64,000 nucleotides of DNA from an uncultured Actinomycetes bacterium (GTDB lineage: Bacteria; Actinomycetota; Thermoleophilia; Gaiellales; JAICJC01), in the NCBI GenBank assembly GCA_963843705.1, contig CAWJLQ010000005.1, positions 668,552 through 732,551 of the forward strand, in the 5' to 3' direction. Shown here piece after piece: positions 16,917-25,255 of this stretch (the first letter of the stretch is position 1; each line of letters starts with the position of its first letter). The position numbers were made by a program, and so were the translations under genes. The notes under the pieces are model-generated. The model worked only from the letters and a program-made list of their open reading frames with translations, ran no database searches and was not told the DNA's origin.

Positions 16917-18523
16917 CGGCCACGACCCCCGGCGCCGCGGTCTCGCCGCCCGAGCCGCGCGTGAGCGGCTGGGTCGCGCTGCTCGCGGCGACGGACCACA
17001 AGTCGCTCGGCCTGCGGCTCTTCAGCCTGTGCGGGATCTTCTTCCTGGCCGGAGGCGTGCTCGCCCTCATCGTGCGCTCCGAGCTGGCGGCGCCCGGCAT
17101 GCAGGTGCTCTCGCACGCGGGGTACAACGAGGTCTTCACGATGCACGGCTCCACGATGGTGTACCTGGTCGTGCAGCCGCTCGCGTTCGCGCTCGGGCTC
17201 TACCTGGTGCCGCTCCAGATCGGGGCGGCGGACACCGTCGCCCCCCGGATGGGGCTGGCGGGAGTGTGGCTGGTGGCGGGCGGCGGCATCGTGATGTGGC
17301 TCGGCTTCCTCACGACGCACGGCGCCGGGCCGGACGGGTGGACGGCGTTCCTGCCGCTCTCGAACGCAAGCTACACGCCCGGGATCGGGATGGGCCTGTG
17401 GGTGCTCGGGGTGATGCTCGCCAACGCGGGCCAGCTCGTGCTGGCCTGCATCATCCTGGCGACGGTCCTGCTCCGGCGCGCGCCGGGCATGAGCATGCTG
17501 CGCCTGCCCGTCTTCGTCTGGACCGAGATCGTGACCTGCCTCATGGGCATCGTCGCCTTCCCCTCGGTGATCGCGGCGATGGGGCTGATCTACGGGGAGC
17601 GGCAGTTCGGATGGAACGTGAACCCGGACGTCTACCTGAACGTGTTCTGGTTCTACGGCCACCCGAACGTCTACGTGATGTTCTTCCCGTTCCTCGGGTG
17701 CGCCGCCGAGGTCATGGCGGTCTTCTCGGGCAAGCGCTTCTTCGGCTACACGGCGATGGTCTTCTCGCTGCTCGCCTTCTCGGTGCTCTCGATGAGCGTG
17801 TGGGGCCACCACATGTTCACGACCGGCCTCCAGGCGAACGAGTACTTCGCCCTCACCTCCACCACGCTCGCGGTGGCGGCGGGGGTCGAGTACTTCGACA
17901 TGACGGCGACGATGTGGGGCGGCGCGGTGCGCCTGCAGACGCCGATGCTCTTCGCGATCACGTTCCTGATCCAGTTCCTGATCGGCGGGCTGACGGGGAT
18001 CATCCTGGCGTCGCCGCCGCTCGACTACCAGGTGAACGACACGTACTTCGTCGTCGCCCACTTCCACTACACGCTCTTCGCCGGCAGCGTGTTCGGGCTC
18101 TTCGCCGGCATCTACTACTGGTTCCCGAAGGTCACGGGGGCGATGCTGCGCGAGCGGCTGGGGAAGGTGCACTTCGTGCTCATGGTGCTCGGCACGAACC
18201 TGACCTTCTTCCCGATGTTCGTGCTCGGCTACGACGGGATGGTGCGCCGGGTGGCCGACTATCCGCACCGGCCGACCTGGGAGGCCCTGAACAGCCTGGC
18301 CACCGCGGGCGCCGGGCTGATCGCGCTCGCCACCCTCGTGTTCCTTGCGAACGTGGCGGTCTCGCTGCGGCGGCGCGAGCCGGCCGGGAACGACCCGTGG
18401 GGCGCCCAGACGCTCGAGTGGTGGACGACCTCGCCGCCGCCCCGGCACAACTACACCGATCTGCCCCCGATCCGCTCGTTCGCGCCCCTGCTCGACCTGC
18501 GCCTGGAGGAGGCCGGCGAGTGA
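16913..18523 (+). CDS. ctaD: Haem-copper oxidase subunit I
   Basis: ATGA overlap with ctaC. TDHKSLG, FTMHG, GHPNVY, WGHHMFTTG, VVAHFHYTLF and DPWG..LEW..SPPPRHNY are present, so all six metal-ligand His are present. Confidence 0.92.
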   Translation: MTATTPGAAVSPPEPRVSGWVALLAATDHKSLGLRLFSLCGIFFLAGGVLALIVRSELAAPGMQVLSHAGYNEVFTMHGSTMVYLVVQPLAFALGLYLVPLQIGAADTVAPRMGLAGVWLVAGGGIVMWLGFLTTHGAGPDGWTAFLPLSNASYTPGIGMGLWVLGVMLANAGQLVLACIILATVLLRRAPGMSMLRLPVFVWTEIVTCLMGIVAFPSVIAAMGLIYGERQFGWNVNPDVYLNVFWFYGHPNVYVMFFPFLGCAAEVMAVFSGKRFFGYTAMVFSLLAFSVLSMSVWGHHMFTTGLQANEYFALTSTTLAVAAGVEYFDMTATMWGGAVRLQTPMLFAITFLIQFLIGGLTGIILASPPLDYQVNDTYFVVAHFHYTLFAGSVFGLFAGIYYWFPKVTGAMLRERLGKVHFVLMVLGTNLTFFPMFVLGYDGMVRRVADYPHRPTWEALNSLATAGAGLIALATLVFLANVAVSLRRREPAGNDPWGAQTLEWWTTSPPPRHNYTDLPPIRSFAPLLDLRLEEAGE

Positions 18524-18942
18524 GGAAGCCCTGGTTCTACCCCCTGGCGTGGGGCATCCTCCTCCTGGCCTCCTCGGCCATGCTCTGGGGCTTCGCCTAC
18601 GGGCTGCCGGCGACGGGTGGGAACTGCTCGAGCGCCACCTGCGTGGCCGTCCGCCCGCTGCCCCCGGCGCTGCTCACCGCGGCCGGCGCCGTGTCCGCCG
18701 TGATCGGCCTCGTGCTCCTCGTGCGCGACACCGAGGGCGTCGACCGGGCCCGCCGCGCGATCGTCGACCAGAGCATGGCGACGGTCGTGCTCGCGGCCGG
18801 GATCGGACTCGCGATCCTCGGCGGCGCGGTCGGACGCTGGATGACCTGGATCGGCCTCGGCGTGTGCGCGCTCGGGATCGGCGGCGTCGTCCGCGAGACG
18901 CTGGCCCTGCGGGAGCTGCGCAGAAGGGACGCGGAGCCGTGA
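18520..18942 (+). CDS. Small 4-TM membrane protein in the position of an oxidase accessory subunit (CtaF-like?)
   Basis: GTG 18520 overlaps the ctaD stop codon (GTGA). 140 aa with four hydrophobic segments. Its stop overlaps the qcrC start. Confidence 0.5.
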   Translation: MRKPWFYPLAWGILLLASSAMLWGFAYGLPATGGNCSSATCVAVRPLPPALLTAAGAVSAVIGLVLLVRDTEGVDRARRAIVDQSMATVVLAAGIGLAILGGAVGRWMTWIGLGVCALGIGGVVRETLALRELRRRDAEP

Positions 18943-19709
18943 CCCGCCCCCTGCGCCTCGCGGGGCTGGCCGCGGCCGGAGCGGCGCTCGCCGGCGTTGC
19001 CGTCCTGCTCGTCTCGCCGGGCCTGGGCATGGGCCAGGGCGACGGCACGGGACGCGCCCAGCCGGCCGGGCCGGCCGCCCGGGGGCGGTCGCTCTTCGTC
19101 ACCGGCTGCAGCTCCTGCCACGGGTACAACGCGGGCGGGATCCGGGGCGTGGCGCCGTCGCTCCACGGCGTCGGAGCCCTCGCGGCGGACTTCTACCTCA
19201 GCACCGGCCGGATGCCGCTGGCATCGCCGGCCCAGCAGCCGGAGCGCAAGCCGCCGTCCTACACGCCGGGCCAGATCCGGGCGCTCGACGCCTACATCGG
19301 CTCGTTCGGCGGGCCGCCGGTCCCGCACGTCTCGACGAGCGGCGCCGACCTCGCCTACGGCCAGACGCTGTTCGCAGCCAACTGCAGCGGCTGCCACCAG
19401 GCCGTCGCCCGCGGAGGCATGGTCACCGGCGCGTTCGTGCCGCCGCTGACGGCGGCGACGCCGCAGCAGATCTTCGAGGCGGCCCGGATCGGGCCGTACG
19501 TGATGCCGCGCTTCGACGAGCAGCTGCTGGGCGACCACGAGCTCGCCGCGATCGCCGCCTACGTGGCCTACGTGCGCAACCCGCCCGATCGCGGCGGCTG
19601 GGGCATCGGCCACATCGGCCCCGTTCCCGAGGGGATGGTCACCTGGTTCATCGCCATCCCGCTGCTTTTGATCATCACCCGCCTGATCGGCGAGAGGGTG
19701 GAGTCGTGA
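18939..19709 (+). CDS. qcrC: Dihaem cytochrome c subunit of the menaquinol-cytochrome c reductase
   Basis: Two CxxCH motifs (CSSCH, CSGCH) and a C-terminal TM anchor. GTGA overlap upstream. Confidence 0.88.
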   Translation: MTRPLRLAGLAAAGAALAGVAVLLVSPGLGMGQGDGTGRAQPAGPAARGRSLFVTGCSSCHGYNAGGIRGVAPSLHGVGALAADFYLSTGRMPLASPAQQPERKPPSYTPGQIRALDAYIGSFGGPPVPHVSTSGADLAYGQTLFAANCSGCHQAVARGGMVTGAFVPPLTAATPQQIFEAARIGPYVMPRFDEQLLGDHELAAIAAYVAYVRNPPDRGGWGIGHIGPVPEGMVTWFIAIPLLLIITRLIGERVES

Positions 19710-20683
19710 GCGAGCCGCCGCCTCCCCGGCGCCCCTACGTCGAGGGCGAGGAGATCCCGCCCGGCGCGCGCCCGTACAGCCCGGAGGACGACCCGACGTC
19801 GGTCGAGATCCCCGCCAGCCGCCGCAACGAGGCGATCGCCGCCGCCCTGCTCGCCTGCGCCGGGCTCTCCGGTGTCGGATTCGTCGCCGCCTACGTCCTC
19901 ACCGACTCCACGCAGTGGCTCGGCGCGACGCTCGGGGCGGCGTTCGTGCTGCTCGGCGCCGCCGCCGTCGTCGCGGGCAAGGGGATCGTGCCGCAGGAGG
20001 TCGTGATCGAGCCCCGGCACCCGCTGGAGCACCCCGAGGAGGAGCGCGAGACCGCGGCGCTGGTCGAGTACGCCGCCGAGGGCGTCAGCCGCCGCCGGCT
20101 GCTGCGGTGGGCGACGGCGCTCGCCGGGACGGGCATCGGCGCCGCGGTCGTGAGCGCGACGGCGTCGTTCGGCCCCTGGATCGGGGCGCAGTCGGTCGCC
20201 TCGCCGTGGCGGCGCGGCACCCGGCTCGTCGACGCGAAGGGCGACCCCATCCGCCTCGACCAGCTGGCGATCGGCTCGTTCCTGACCGCGTTCCCGAAGG
20301 GCGCCAGCACCGAGCGCCTGGGCTCCCCGATCATCGTCGTGCGGATCGACCCCGGCCTGGTCGACCTGCCCCGGTCACGGCGCGGATGGGCGCCGCAGGG
20401 CGTGCTCGCGTACTCCAAGATCTGCACTCACGCCGGCTGCGCCGTGGCCATGATGCGCTACCCGCTCTACGCCGCGCACGCCCCCGGGCCGGCGCTCGTC
20501 TGCCCGTGCCACTACTCCACGTTCGAGGTCGCCACGGGCGGAAACGTGGTCTTCGGCCCCGCCGGCCGGCCGCTGCCCCAGCTGCCGATCGCGATCGCGG
20601 CCGACGGCACGCTCTCGGCCGCCGGCCCCCTGTCCGGCGACGTCGGGCCGGCGTGGTTCAACGTGCACCGGGGGAGCCTCTGA
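19706..20683 (+). CDS. qcrA: Rieske iron-sulfur subunit of the bc complex
   Basis: CTHAGC ... CPCHYS Rieske boxes, three N-terminal TM segments, RRRLLRW Tat-like motif. Confidence 0.9.
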   Translation: MSEPPPPRRPYVEGEEIPPGARPYSPEDDPTSVEIPASRRNEAIAAALLACAGLSGVGFVAAYVLTDSTQWLGATLGAAFVLLGAAAVVAGKGIVPQEVVIEPRHPLEHPEEERETAALVEYAAEGVSRRRLLRWATALAGTGIGAAVVSATASFGPWIGAQSVASPWRRGTRLVDAKGDPIRLDQLAIGSFLTAFPKGASTERLGSPIIVVRIDPGLVDLPRSRRGWAPQGVLAYSKICTHAGCAVAMMRYPLYAAHAPGPALVCPCHYSTFEVATGGNVVFGPAGRPLPQLPIAIAADGTLSAAGPLSGDVGPAWFNVHRGSL

Positions 20684-22419
20684 TGAGCGCGCCCCCGAAG
20701 CCGGCCGGCCGGCGGACGGCCGCGGCCGTGGCCGGCGTGGACGTCCGCACCGGGCGCGTCCCGCTGCTCCGCCGGCTCATGCGGTACGTGTTCCCCGAGC
20801 ACTGGTCGTTCATGTGGGGCGAGATCGCCCTCTACTGCTTCGTCGTGCTCGTCGTCACGGGCGTCTACCTGGCGTTCTTCTTCGACCCGTCGTACCACGA
20901 GATCGTCTACCGCGGCGCGTACCGCCCGCTGCGCGGGCAGAAGATGAGCGAGGCGTACGCCTCGGCGCTCGACCTCTCGTGGAAGTGGAAGGTCGGTCTG
21001 CTGATGCGCCAGACCCATCACTGGGCGGCAGACCTCTTCATCGCGTCGATCACGATCCACATGCTGCGGGTGTTCTTCACCGGCGCCTTCCGCAAGCCCC
21101 GGGAGCTGATCTACTGGACCGGCGTGACGCTGCTCATCGTGGCCGTGCTCGAGGGCTACATGGGCTACTCGCTGGTCGACGACCTCCTGTCCGGGATGGG
21201 GCTCGCGATCGGATGGGCGGTGGCGATGTCGATCCCGTTCGTCGGCGGGCCGCTGGCGACGTGGCTCTGGAACGGCCAGTTCCCCGGCACGACCGCGTTC
21301 GAGTCGCGGCTCTTCATCGCCCACGTGCTGATCGTGCCGCTGCTCATCGCCACGCTGATCGGCGTGCACCTGCTGCTCATCGCCCTGCTGCACCACACGC
21401 AGTTCCGCGGCCGCGGACGCCGGGAGGGGAATGTGGTCGGCTCGCCGATGTGGCCGTCGTACGCGTTCCGGTCGCTGGGGCTCTTCGGGGCGGTCGTCGG
21501 CGGCCTGTTCCTGCTCGGCGGGCTGGTGCAGATCAACCCGATCTGGCTGTGGGGGCCGTATCACCCCTATCTGGGCGAGAACGGCGCCCAGCCGGACTGG
21601 TACATCGGCTGGCTGATCGGGGCGCTGCGGATGATGCCGTCCTGGGAGCCGGTGATCGACGGAAAGACCATCTTCCCCAACCCGTTCTGGGGCGGCGTCC
21701 TGTTCCCGACGGTGATCTTCGGGATCCTGTACGCCTGGCCCTTGCTGGAGCGCCGCTTCAGCGGCGACCGGGCCGTCCACCACCTGCTCGAGCGCCCACG
21801 CGACAACCCCTGGCGAACGGCGTTCGGCGTCGGCATCTTCACGTGGGCGTCGATCGCCTTCTTCGAGGGATCGATGGACCGGCTCTACCTGCAGGTGGGC
21901 ATCCCGTACGAGAACGCGGTGCGCGTGCTGCAGATCGCCTGGATCGTCATCCCCGTCCTCGCCGGCGTCGCGGCCTTCCGGATCTGCAGGCGTCTGGCGG
22001 CCGCAGAGCTCCGGCCGCTGCGCGGCGTCACCGCGAGGATGGTGGGGCGGACGCCCGGCGGCGGGTTCGCCGCCGGCCGGGCGCTGCTGGCGAATCCGTC
22101 GTGGGCGCCCACCGCCGGGCCGCCGCCGCCCGGGCCGGTCGAGGCGGTCGGGGTGTTCGGGCACCTGGCCCGGCTCGAGCTGCGCTCCGCCGCCGGGGAG
22201 CTCATCGCCAGGGCGCGGCTCTCGGCGCTCGCGGCGGTCCTGGTCGCGACGGGGGCGGTGCTCGTGCTCGCCACCCTCGGCGCGGCCATGACCATGATCG
22301 TGGTCGGGATCACCGCACTCGGGGTGCCGCTGTGGGGGAGCGGCCTGATCACGGCCGCCGTGCTCCTCGCCGTCGCGGCGCTCGCCGTGGCCGCCGCCCG
22401 GCGCGCGGGTCGCCGGTAG
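20683..22419 (+). CDS. qcrB: Cytochrome b subunit of the bc complex with an extended two-TM C-terminal tail
   Basis: ATGA overlap with qcrA. Haem-ligand His pairs occur in RQTHHWAADLFIASITIHMLR and FIAHVLIVPLLIATLIGVH. The last ~90 aa form an extra hairpin (see findings). Confidence 0.9.
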   Translation: MSAPPKPAGRRTAAAVAGVDVRTGRVPLLRRLMRYVFPEHWSFMWGEIALYCFVVLVVTGVYLAFFFDPSYHEIVYRGAYRPLRGQKMSEAYASALDLSWKWKVGLLMRQTHHWAADLFIASITIHMLRVFFTGAFRKPRELIYWTGVTLLIVAVLEGYMGYSLVDDLLSGMGLAIGWAVAMSIPFVGGPLATWLWNGQFPGTTAFESRLFIAHVLIVPLLIATLIGVHLLLIALLHHTQFRGRGRREGNVVGSPMWPSYAFRSLGLFGAVVGGLFLLGGLVQINPIWLWGPYHPYLGENGAQPDWYIGWLIGALRMMPSWEPVIDGKTIFPNPFWGGVLFPTVIFGILYAWPLLERRFSGDRAVHHLLERPRDNPWRTAFGVGIFTWASIAFFEGSMDRLYLQVGIPYENAVRVLQIAWIVIPVLAGVAAFRICRRLAAAELRPLRGVTARMVGRTPGGGFAAGRALLANPSWAPTAGPPPPGPVEAVGVFGHLARLELRSAAGELIARARLSALAAVLVATGAVLVLATLGAAMTMIVVGITALGVPLWGSGLITAAVLLAVAALAVAAARRAGRR

Positions 22420-22425
22420 CTGCGT

Positions 22426-22575
22426 CTACTCGCGGCCGGCGAAGATGTGGCCGCCGTAGCGGTGCTCGAGCAGCACGCTGCCGACCATCACCCAGAGGAA
22501 CACCGTGAGCGGAGCGATCACTGCCGCCACCATCCACCAGGGATGGTGGCTGACGGCGGTTCCGATCTCGCTCAC
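22426..22575 (-). CDS. Possible small membrane protein (49 aa)
   Basis: Not in the ORF track because it is under 60 aa. VSEIGTAVSHHPWWMVAAVIAPLTVFLWVMVGSVLLEHRYGGHIFAGRE has high GC3. It is the last gene of the Holin-X operon. Confidence 0.3.
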   Translation of the reverse strand: MSEIGTAVSHHPWWMVAAVIAPLTVFLWVMVGSVLLEHRYGGHIFAGRE

Positions 22576-22579
22576 GCGC

Positions 22580-22783
22580 TCACCGGCCGGCGGGCCGCGA
22601 CAGGCGGCTCTCGATCAGGTCATCGAGACGCCGGACTCCCCACGCCGCCACGACCGCCAGCGTCAGGTGGCCGACCCACTGTGCGACCGTCGGCCGGCGT
22701 CCGTGCTCGCCCGAGCGGCGCGTCCGCATCGTCGCGCGGACGGCCGGCCCTGCGACCTCGCCGATGACCGCGGCGGGCCTCAC
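22580..22783 (-). CDS. Small hypothetical protein (67 aa)
   Basis: The ORF is in the track. GTGA overlap with the DUF3618 gene stop codon suggests translational coupling. High GC3. Confidence 0.4.
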   Translation of the reverse strand: MRPAAVIGEVAGPAVRATMRTRRSGEHGRRPTVAQWVGHLTLAVVAAWGVRRLDDLIESRLSRPAGR

Positions 22784-23004
22784 GAGCCCCCACCCCGGCG
22801 GACGAGCAGCACGATCGCAATCAGCGCGGCGGCGCCGACCGCGGCGACGAGCTGCGGCGTCAGCCGCTCCCGGAGGTCGGTGGCGGCGCGGGACGCGAAC
22901 CGGCGCGGCTGCGTCACCTTGAACGAGAGCGCGTCGACCGTCTCGCCCAGCTGCGCACGCGCATCCTCTACATCGCGCCTGAGCGCGCCCGGGTCTTCAG
23001 CCAC
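22780..23004 (-). CDS. DUF3618-like small membrane protein
   Basis: GTG 23004 is preceded by AAGGAGGA. VAEDPGALRRDVEDARAQLGETVDALSFKV... followed by a C-terminal TM matches the DUF3618 pattern. Confidence 0.6.
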   Translation of the reverse strand: MAEDPGALRRDVEDARAQLGETVDALSFKVTQPRRFASRAATDLRERLTPQLVAAVGAAALIAIVLLVRRGGGS

Positions 23005-23384
23005 GAGACGTCCTCCTTGATCGACTCGAGCGTCTCCGCAGGAGCCGGCGGCATCGATCGGCGGCCCACGGCGACGCCTGCAAGCACCATGCTCCCGGCC
23101 AGCGCCGCAAGCCCCACCGCCACGATCAGCGCAGCCGCCCATGCGGGCAGCACGTTCGCGAGCGCGATGATCGCGGTGGCGGTCAGCGCTCCCAGCGCGG
23201 CCAGGCCGCACAGGGCCCCGACCGCGACGAGCGCGGCCGCCAGCCCGAGCCGCCGGGTGGCGGCGACCAGCTCCGCGCGCGCGAGCGCTAGCTCGGCGCG
23301 CACCAGCTCGCGGGCTTCGTGGGAGAGCCGCTCGACCAGTTCGGCGAGCGAGCTGTCGCGTGCCGTGCCGTCGTCCGTTGCCAT
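22968..23384 (-). CDS. Holin-X family (DUF1469 / Phage_holin_3_6) membrane protein
   Basis: ATG 23384 lies inside ORF 22968..23786. SLAELVERLSHEARELVRAELALARAELV... is followed by a two-TM hairpin, characteristic of actinobacterial Holin-X. Confidence 0.7.
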   Translation of the reverse strand: MATDDGTARDSSLAELVERLSHEARELVRAELALARAELVAATRRLGLAAALVAVGALCGLAALGALTATAIIALANVLPAWAAALIVAVGLAALAGSMVLAGVAVGRRSMPPAPAETLESIKEDVSWLKTRARSGAM

Positions 23385-23502
23385 CCCGTGATACGTGCCC
23401 GGCGGCGGGCGCACCCCAAACACGCTCCACCGGTTGCCGCGTCCTCTCCGGGCTCCCGAAGCGGGTTTTGTCGCCTCGCCGCCGGGGAACCCCTCCTCTG
23501 CG

Positions 23503-23835
23503 ATGCGCTTTCGACCACCGCGCGAAGCCGACCTCGAGACTCCGCCCGACACCTCCGAGCAGGAGGACGTGCGCGTCCGCAACTGGCAGCGCCAGCGCCT
23601 CGGCCGGCTGGGGTTCGACCTCGGGTCCGCCGCGCGCATCGTCACGGCCGCGTGGGACGAGGGCGACCACGCCGAGTTCGTCCACCGCATCGAGGATCTG
23701 GTCGCCCAGGGGGCCACGCTCGACCAGGCCGCCCGGATCGTCGCGCCGGTCGGAGCCGTCGCCGTCGACGACGACGAGCCGGCCACGGACGCGTCCGAGG
23801 GCGGCCGGGTCGCCGACGCGCACGCGCGGTCCTGA
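23503..23835 (+). CDS. Hypothetical protein (110 aa)
   Basis: ATG 23503 lies inside ORF 23395..23835. High GC3. No family recognised. Confidence 0.4.
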   Translation: MRFRPPREADLETPPDTSEQEDVRVRNWQRQRLGRLGFDLGSAARIVTAAWDEGDHAEFVHRIEDLVAQGATLDQAARIVAPVGAVAVDDDEPATDASEGGRVADAHARS

Positions 23836-23837
23836 GG

Positions 23838-24101
23838 TGCGCCGCGCCGTTACCGAACACGTCGACCCGCACGTGGCATGCGTCGGCGAAGTGGCGTCCC
23901 GCACCCCCGTCCGGCTGCATGCCGCGACGCGCTCGACCACGCGCTGCACGTGACGGCCACCCATCAGATGCGCCATCTGGCCGTCGTCGACGACGACGAG
24001 CACGTCGTCGACAGCGTCACGCAGGCGGGGATCGCCCGCACCACCGGCCGGCGGGCCGGCGGCGATCTCAACCAGGGGCACACCGTGCCGATCTCTGGGG
24101 A
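23838..24101 (+). pseudogene. CBS-domain-like coding remnant split over two reading frames, upstream of the GAF-GGDEF gene
   Basis: Frame 2 reads ...VGEVASRTPVRLHAA and frame 1 continues ...ALDHALHVTATHQMRHLAVVDDDEHVVDSVTQAGIAR. Joined, they form a CBS-like motif. High GC3 follows the frame switches. Confidence 0.3.
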
Positions 24102-25142
24102 GTGCAGCACGACGCCGATGACTCGCCCCTGGGCCACGACCAACGGACGTCCCAGCGTCTGGCGGCGTTCTATGCCGTCACCGCCCGGCTGACGAGCTCG
24201 ACCAGCGTCGACGACGTCCTCGTCGAGGTCGGCCGCAGCGTCGGCCAGGCGATGCCCAGGGTGGGAGAGGTCTCGGTGGCCGAGTGGGATGCCCGCCGCG
24301 GCGTGATCCGCGACCTGATCGAGTTCCGGCCGTGGACGAACCGGCGGGTGCCGCTGCCGCCGCCGGCCGTGCACCAGGTCGCCGGCCTGCCCGAGCTCGA
24401 GGCCGTCCTCACGGGCCGCGCGCCCTACGTGCAGTCGCTCGTCGACGACGAGTGCATCTCGGAGGGCCTGCGCGAGTACATGCGGCGCTGGGGCTGGCAG
24501 ACCGTCCTGCAGGTGCCCCTGATCGCCAACCGGCGCACGCTGGGCGTCGTCGAGATCGTCGACCCGGCGCAGGCCCTGCCGTTCAGCCTCGGGGAGGTGC
24601 GCTTCTGCGAGGCGCTGGCCGCGACCGCCGCCGGCGCGCTGCGCCAGGCGCAGCTCTACGAGCGCGTGCGGCGGCTGGCCGACCACGATGCGCTCACCGG
24701 CCTGGCGAACCCGCGCACCTTCCGCCGCCGCCTCGCCGCGGCGCTGCGCGCCGCGAGCAGGAGCGCCGAGCCGGTCAGCGTCCTCGTGCTCGACATCGAC
24801 GACTTCAAGCAGCTGAACGACCGCAACGGACATGCCCACGGCGACCGCGTGCTGCGCACGGCCGCCCGGCTGCTGCGGCGGCACGCGCGCGCGTCGGACA
24901 CCGCCGGGCGGCTGGGCGGCGACGAGCTCGCGCTGGCGGCCCGCGCCACCGGGGCCGAGGCGGCGGCGGCGCTCTCGGCCCGGCTCCTGGACGCGTTCGG
25001 CCGCGAGGACGTGGCCGTCTCGATCGGCGTCGCCACGGCGCCGGCGCACGGCCACACGGCCGACGCGCTGACCCGGGCCGCCGACGCCGCGCTGCTCGAC
25101 GCCAAGGGCAAGGGCAAGCGCCGGTTCAGCATCGCCGCCTGA
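24102..25142 (+). CDS. GAF-GGDEF protein (diguanylate cyclase-like, GGDEL variant, RxxD I-site present)
   Basis: GTG 24102 lies inside ORF 23319..25142. GAF-like N-terminus. HDALTGLANPRTF...VLVLDIDDFKQLNDRNGHAHGD...RASDTAGRLGGDELAL. The start is uncertain. Confidence 0.8.
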   Translation: MQHDADDSPLGHDQRTSQRLAAFYAVTARLTSSTSVDDVLVEVGRSVGQAMPRVGEVSVAEWDARRGVIRDLIEFRPWTNRRVPLPPPAVHQVAGLPELEAVLTGRAPYVQSLVDDECISEGLREYMRRWGWQTVLQVPLIANRRTLGVVEIVDPAQALPFSLGEVRFCEALAATAAGALRQAQLYERVRRLADHDALTGLANPRTFRRRLAAALRAASRSAEPVSVLVLDIDDFKQLNDRNGHAHGDRVLRTAARLLRRHARASDTAGRLGGDELALAARATGAEAAAALSARLLDAFGREDVAVSIGVATAPAHGHTADALTRAADAALLDAKGKGKRRFSIAA

Positions 25143-25215
25143 GCCGGCCGGGCGCCGGCCCGTGGCGCCGGCCCGATCGGCGGTTCGGGTGCACGCCAAT
25201 TGGCGCCCGGAACGC

Positions 25216-25245
25216 TTGACTTCCGGCAGCCCGCAGGCCTATCCT
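25216..25245 (+). promoter_or_regulatory. Candidate promoter of the ROK regulator operon
   Basis: TTGACT (25216-25221) - 18 nt - TATCCT (25240-25245). The predicted transcript start is a few nt before TTG 25256. Confidence 0.4.
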
Positions 25246-25255
25246 CCCCGGGGTA

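Noticed and set aside
22968-23384. A holin-family gene as evidence for a prophage lysis cassette.
   Set aside because: No endolysin, spanin, terminase, capsid, integrase or att-like repeats are nearby. Actinobacterial Holin-X genes commonly occur in chromosomal small-membrane-protein operons with DUF3618.
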